Assembly: GCA_964016885.1 (NCBI GenBank)
Contig: OZ024742.1
Location: 51,460,001-51,524,000, forward strand
Direction: 5' to 3'
Length of the DNA: 64,000 nucleotides
Origin: Eledone cirrhosa
Lineage: Eukaryota
Shown here: piece after piece, positions 58,680 through 64,000 of the stretch
Layout of the letters: each line of letters begins with the position of its first letter
Numbering within the stretch: position 1 is the first letter of the stretch
Notes under the pieces: model-generated
Seen by the model: only the letters and a program-made list of their open reading frames with translations
Database searches by the model: none
Told to the model about the DNA's origin: nothing
Made by a program: the position numbers and the translations under genes

Positions 58680-58887
58680 TCGTAAAGCACCCAGTCCACA
58701 CTGTAAAGTGGTTGTGTAGGAGACGCGGTGAAAAGGCTCCGATTCCACACTGTAAATGTGGTTGGTGTTATGTTGGTGTCATCCAGCCGTAGAAAACCTG
58801 CGAGAAACAGTTCTCGATCAATCCTGCCTCAAGTGGGACAAAACCGTAGAATCCAAGCTAGCGTGGAAGATGGACGTTAAACGATAA

Positions 58888-58890
<3 letters not shown>
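58680..58890 (+). mobile_element. SINE family B 3' part (ggacgttaaacgat tail)
   Basis: cacactgtaaagtggttg..catccagccgtagaaaac..tggacgttaaacgataatga resembles a common cephalopod SINE 3' end (recalled, not searched). Confidence 0.55.
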
Positions 58891-58946
<56 letters not shown>

Positions 58947-58973
58947 GGTGTGTGTGTGGGTGAGTGTGTGCGC

Positions 58974-59046
<73 letters not shown>

Positions 59047-59549
59047 TACGTATATGTATTGGTTTTGCAAGAAAATTATAGATTTGAAATCCTGTATTGA
59101 AACCTATACTGTTATATATGGGGATGGTCATTTTGGCAATATTACTAATAGAAATAAATAAACAATCGTGTAATTTTCATTTAATCTTTATTGTTCGTTA
59201 TCCATTTGTTTATCAAAGTTCTTTCGTCACACATACTGTCTCAATGTTTATCTCTTTTGTTGCGCCTCCTCTTTTTCCTGGTCTTAAACTTCTAATCCAT
59301 CTTGTCTTTGTTTTGTGGTGCGTTGTTTGTGTTTCGTGGCTGTGCATGCGTTTTACTCTGAGTCTGTGTGTGTATGTATGTGTATGTGTTTTTGTGTTTG
59401 ACATGTCTACGTGTCTTTTATGTGAGTGTGGGTTTGGATCGTTTGCTATTCTGCATTTTTTTGTCTGTGTCTGTTTATATTCCGTGTGTTTATTTCACTC
59501 ATTACGTTGCAGGTTATTACTATTCAACTCACGTTTTCTGTTCAGGCTA

Positions 59550-60030
59550 GAACTCTCTGATATTATATGAGTGTACACACCGCCAGGGACCGTAACGGTG
59601 GTTGCCGCTCCTTCATCTTGGACGTATGTTTTATTATTGAACATAGACATATGGCCCTTAAGGGTAGTTTAATGCTTGCTCCCACCGCATTTGCGATCAC
59701 TCTTCTCACCTGGTCGTATTTTACGGGGGTCCGTATGGCTCTGAGCCAACCGCTCCATTTTTCCATGGGGGTCTTTTTGGCCACAGAAGTGATGCTGGGA
59801 GGTCTACCTCTTGCAGCTCTACTGAGGCAGTAACATCTAAGCTTTTATTCATTTAGATATTCTCTGTCGCATTTATGTCTAGGGAGGAGCCTCAGTTAAT
59901 CAGTATCAATTCCTAGGAATACAACACCACTGTCGCCGGGCATTTCCACACATTTTTCCACAGTAAAATTAACGTCGATAGATGGGTATAGGGATATTAC
60001 ATCCATGCTGATTATTATACAGTTTTTCAG
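59550..60030 (-). pseudogene. PLE RT fragment with a long motif A-B' insertion (Naiad-like), inside inverted arms 59105-59330 / 60125-60320
   Basis: SMDVISLYPSID (A) ..GID..RGRPPSIT..KWSGW..RRVIANA.. then HMSMFNNKTYVQDEG (B', after a frameshift). Confidence 0.65.
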
Positions 60031-60321
60031 GTCGTAGTTTTGGTTGCAGTCGATGATTATGCTGTCACATATGTGTGGGGAGATCTTGATTATAGGGCGT
60101 ATGATCATTGAGAGCATGCACAGAAGACGAACACAAAACAAAAAAATTACAAGATGGAGTAAAGGTTTAAGACCAGGAAAAAAAGGAGACACAAAACATA
60201 ATCATTGAGAAGGTCACAGAATGAGTAACGAAAGAGATTTTATAACAAAAATGAATAACGAAAAATACAGATAAACTGAAAATTATATGGCAAAATGACC
60301 AGCCACAAATATAATAAAAAA

Positions 60322-61153
60322 TTCAGATTACATTTATTGTATTCAGCCATGTAGAGCAAAAACTTTTTATATTTTGAATATGGCAAAGCCGGCCATTGAT
60401 CACTCGTATACAAGAAACAGACTAGCCTGTCTGCTGATATGCAAATCTCGCTGATCAGTGGATCTGCTAACATGCAAATTTGACTGATCAGCCAGTCTGC
60501 TAATATGCAAATCAGACCGATCTGTCAGTGTATATTTCAGAAAATATCATACTCACCCAGAAACATTAGTGACTACAGTTCTGTTTACATGCCAACACAA
60601 AAGTAAGAATGAGGGGCTCATTCTACTGACGTGGCTTTAAAAATGAGGGTTGTTTGCATAATTGCAAAATAATCGAATATTATTATTAATATTCGAAAAA
60701 CTCAGATTACATTTATTGTATTCAGCCATGTAAGGCGAAATATTTTATTATTATTATTTGAATATGGCAAAGCCGGTGATTGATCGCTCCTATATTGGAA
60801 ACAGACTAGCCTTTCTGCTGATATGGAAATCTCGCTGATCAGTAGATCTGCTAATATGCAGATTTAACTGATCAGCCAGTCTGCTAATATGAAAATCAGG
60901 CCGATCAGTCAGTGTATATTTCAGAAAATATCATATATTTTCACTAGCTCTGACAGTTGGCAGGTGAACGGTGAACTATACTGATGAAGAGTAATGACCC
61001 AGAAACATTAGTGTATGCAGTTCTGTTTACATGCCAAAACAAGAGCAATAATGAGGGGCTCGTTCTACTGACGTGGCTTTAAAAATGAGGCCTGTTTGTA
61101 TTATTACAAACGAATCAATTATTATTAATAATGTTCGAAAAACTCAGATTACA
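60322..61153 (+). repeat. Tandem pLTR-like direct repeat (units start ~60322, ~60701, ~61143) ending in a TA-rich tract
   Basis: tcagattacat..gaatatggcaaagccgg..acagactagcct..tgatcagccagtctgctaatatg..cccagaaacattagtg repeated. Confidence 0.88.
60973..61023 (+). ncRNA. Degenerate type I HHR
   Basis: gaactata-CTGATGA-agagtaatgaccca-GAAA-cattagtg-TA-tgcagttc; helix II pairs poorly. Confidence 0.5.
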
Positions 61154-61180
61154 TATATATATACATATATTTATATATAT

Positions 61181-62455
61181 ATGAAAATAGGGAGAAAATG
61201 ATGATTATTAGGAAGAAAAATATTTTATTTTTCCTTTTATTTTTTTCTCGTTTTTCTGGGTTAGAAAATGTTTAAAACAAAATATTTTACTTTGTGTGAA
61301 GTGTTAAGGTATTAGTTAATGTATTTATTAATTAACAATGGTATTTATTTATTTATTTATATATTTAATAATTGCCTATTACCGGTTTCAGCATTTTATA
61401 CATTATCAAAGGGGGGAATTTGTAATGTTGGAGAGAAAATGATGTGATGTTGAACATGTTAAGGAAATGGGGAAGAAAGAATATTATTATTTACAAACAA
61501 GGTTTTTGAAGTAAAAAGAAAAAAGAGAAAAAAGGGCGTGATGTGGAACATGATAGGGTAATGGGGAAGAAAGAATAATATTATTTACAGGTATAGTTCT
61601 TGAGGATAAGCAGTTCAAAATGTGTGATTATGGAGAGAGCGCTTAGTTGATCCACGAACGAGGCAAATGGTAGTCTGGGGTTTGATATGATTTCTCTTTT
61701 TAGAGAGGTAATATGCAAGGGAGTTAATTCAGGGTGGTCAGGTAGGGGAGAGAGAAATGAGAGGGGGTAATTCATTTAATTAAGAAAAAGGATTAGGTAG
61801 GGTGTAGGGGAGGTAACTCTTTAGAGAACATAGGAATTTGGTTTTGGTTCATTGTTCGTTCCAGTTTTAGTTTAGTCCGAAATTTAGGCCATTAAGTAGA
61901 GATTGGAAATTGTTAATGGAGTATATTTTGTTATTGGTACGATGGATGAAAGAAGCGTTGTCTATGAATTTGTAAATGGGGAATATTTTAAAGTTTGGAT
62001 GTTGTGTTAGGTATACAATTGGCGATATTTTCACTAAAAGCAATCTTTCTGTATTCCTGTATTTTGATTTTTGATCTATGGATATCACCCCCCTTTTTTT
62101 CTCTTTTCTATTTACTTCAAAAACCTTGTTTGTAAATAATGTTATTCTTTCTTCCCCATTTCCTTAACATGTTCAACATCACATCATTTTCTCTCCAACA
62201 TTTTACACCAATACGAATTCCCCCTTTGATAATGCGTTAAATGGTGAAACCGGTATTAGACAATTATTAAATTTATAAATAAATAAATAAATACCATTGT
62301 TAATTAATAAATAAATTAACTAATACCTTAACACTTCACACAGAGTAAAATATTTTGTTTTAAACAATTTCTAACCCAGAAAAAAGAGAAAAAATAAAAG
62401 GAAAATAATATAATCTTATTCCTAATAATCGTCTTTTTCTCCCTATTTTCAAATA
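61181..62455. mobile_element. Fold-back insertion between TA tracts, ~355-bp inverted arms (61181-61536 / 62089-62452)
   Basis: Reverse-complement arms. The minus-strand core has a FKIFPIYK..LN motif resembling a PLE endonuclease C-terminus. Confidence 0.75.
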
Positions 62456-62497
62456 TATATATATATTCCTACTCGTGTGCTCCTTCCCCACATTTTA

Positions 62498-62590
<93 letters not shown>

Positions 62591-62824
62591 ATATACAATA
62601 ATGAGAGGTTTACAGATATATGTGCATACATACATATACATGTATATATAAACATATTTTTCACAAGTATGTGAGATTGTATGTTGTCGACCTTAACCAG
62701 TGTTACTCTATGATTATGAGGGACAAGATAATCGAAATAATTAAATTGATACAATATCAGAGCTATGTAAAATATTATAAAATAAGAAGGAATAATAGAT
62801 ACAATATCCCTATTTTTTTCTTCG

Positions 62825-62915
62825 TCCCGACTGTACAGTTTCGCTGGTCACTATGCAAAAATGTTATATCATAGATATGTAAAATTGTTGTGAGGTAAGC
62901 CAGCTTATCAAGGGA
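62825..62915 (-). ncRNA. Type I HHR, U3-A8 core variant
   Basis: Reverse complement of 63710-63800. Confidence 0.75.
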
Positions 62916-63191
62916 GCACCTCAGGGAAGAGCCCTAATTACATACGTCCGTAGCAAGCGAGAACCTCTCAAAAAGGCGGATGGAGACTCTATCACGTGAT
63001 ACACCGGTCAAGAAAGGGGATTAATCCCTTGTAGAAGTGAAAAATATCACAGAAGGCGGAGGGGGATATTAATATGATACAGAGGCTACAGAAGGGTTGT
63101 AAGGTTGAATAGAAGTGTATATAGTGTTTGCTTGAACGCAGTCACTATACTTCCGTGGTTACTCTACCGTGAGGGAGTTAGAGACAATAAT

Positions 63192-63333
63192 TGTTTCTAC
63201 TTTAGGCACAAGGCCAGACAATTTACCAGTGCATTACTGGTACTTTATTTTATCGACCCCGTAAGGATAAAAGGCAAAGTTAACCTCGGCGGAATTTGAA
63301 TTCAGCATGGCAAGGGCCGTAACTCTATGCGTC
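63192..63333 (-). mobile_element. 5'-truncated SINE family A inserted into the fold-back arm, with putative TSD caataat
   Basis: Absent from the partner arm; caataat on both sides (~63185 and 63334). Confidence 0.82.
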
Positions 63334-63709
63334 CAATAATGAGAGGTATACATATATATGTGCATACATACATATACATGTATATATAAACATATATTTT
63401 TCGCAAGTATGCACATATATCTGTATACCTCTCATTATTGTCTCTAACTCCCTCACGGTAGAGTAACCACGGAAGTATAGTGACTGCTTTCAAGCAAACA
63501 CTATATACACTTCTAGTCAACCTTACAACTCCTCCCTAGCCTCTGTATGATATTAATATCCCCCTCCGCCTTCTGAGATATTTTTCACTGCTACAAGGGA
63601 TTAATCCCCTTTCTTGACCGGTATATCACGTGATAGAGTCTCCCTCCGCCTTTTTGAGATATTCTCGCTTGCTACGGACGTATGTAGTTAGGGCTCTTCC
63701 CTGAGGTGC

Positions 63710-63800
63710 TCCCTTGATAAGCTGGCTTACCTCACAACAATGTTACATATCTATGATATAACATTTTTGCACAGTGACCAGCGAAACTGTACAGTCGGGA
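63710..63800 (+). ncRNA. Type I HHR, U3-A8 core variant, large loop II
   Basis: tccc-TTGATAA-gctgg..52 nt..ccagc-GAAA-ctg ta cag-TC-ggga. Confidence 0.78.
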
Positions 63801-63848
63801 CGAAGAAAAATAGATATATTGTGTCTATTATTCCTTCTTATTTCATAA

Positions 63849-63916
<68 letters not shown>

Positions 63917-64000
63917 AACGAGTAGGACCCCGACGGCTGGCTCCAACTTTCCTATCACCTCTTCGCCAAAAACCCGGCATTCCAGCCATATCCATTTCCT

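Larger units (their letters stand above)
62596..63856. mobile_element. Non-coding HHR-bearing fold-back element (arms ~62772-63360 / 63412-63855) with a partial tandem copy, in (TA)n
   Basis: Arms are highly similar reverse complements; 62596-62672 directly repeats 63334-63411; no meaningful ORF. Confidence 0.85.

Overview
AT-rich, repeat-saturated eukaryotic (animal) genomic DNA, most likely octopus/cephalopod (inferred from a characteristic tRNA-derived SINE and the (TA)n/(CA)n load). No host gene can be called with confidence, and nearly all ORF-track entries are microsatellite translations (YI/HT/CV runs). The dominant signal is Penelope-like retroelements (PLEs): one uninterrupted but 5'-truncated Hydra-type RT + GIY-YIG ORF (206-1963), plus many fragments of Hydra-, Penelope/Poseidon- and probably Naiad-type elements. 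Most of these sit in (TA)n arrays as fold-back (inverted-arm) insertions. Reading both strands by eye gives about 12 minimal type I hammerhead ribozyme (HHR) motifs: canonical CUGANGA cores, compensatory U3-A8 cores, and a U4C core with a long helix II. Some lie in non-coding units that may be non-autonomous PLE parasites. Also present: decayed RTE, CRE (with a twin-priming-type inversion) and R4/Dong LINEs, a non-autonomous Helitron and two SINE families. All structures were derived manually; coordinates may be off by a few bases and nothing was database-checked.
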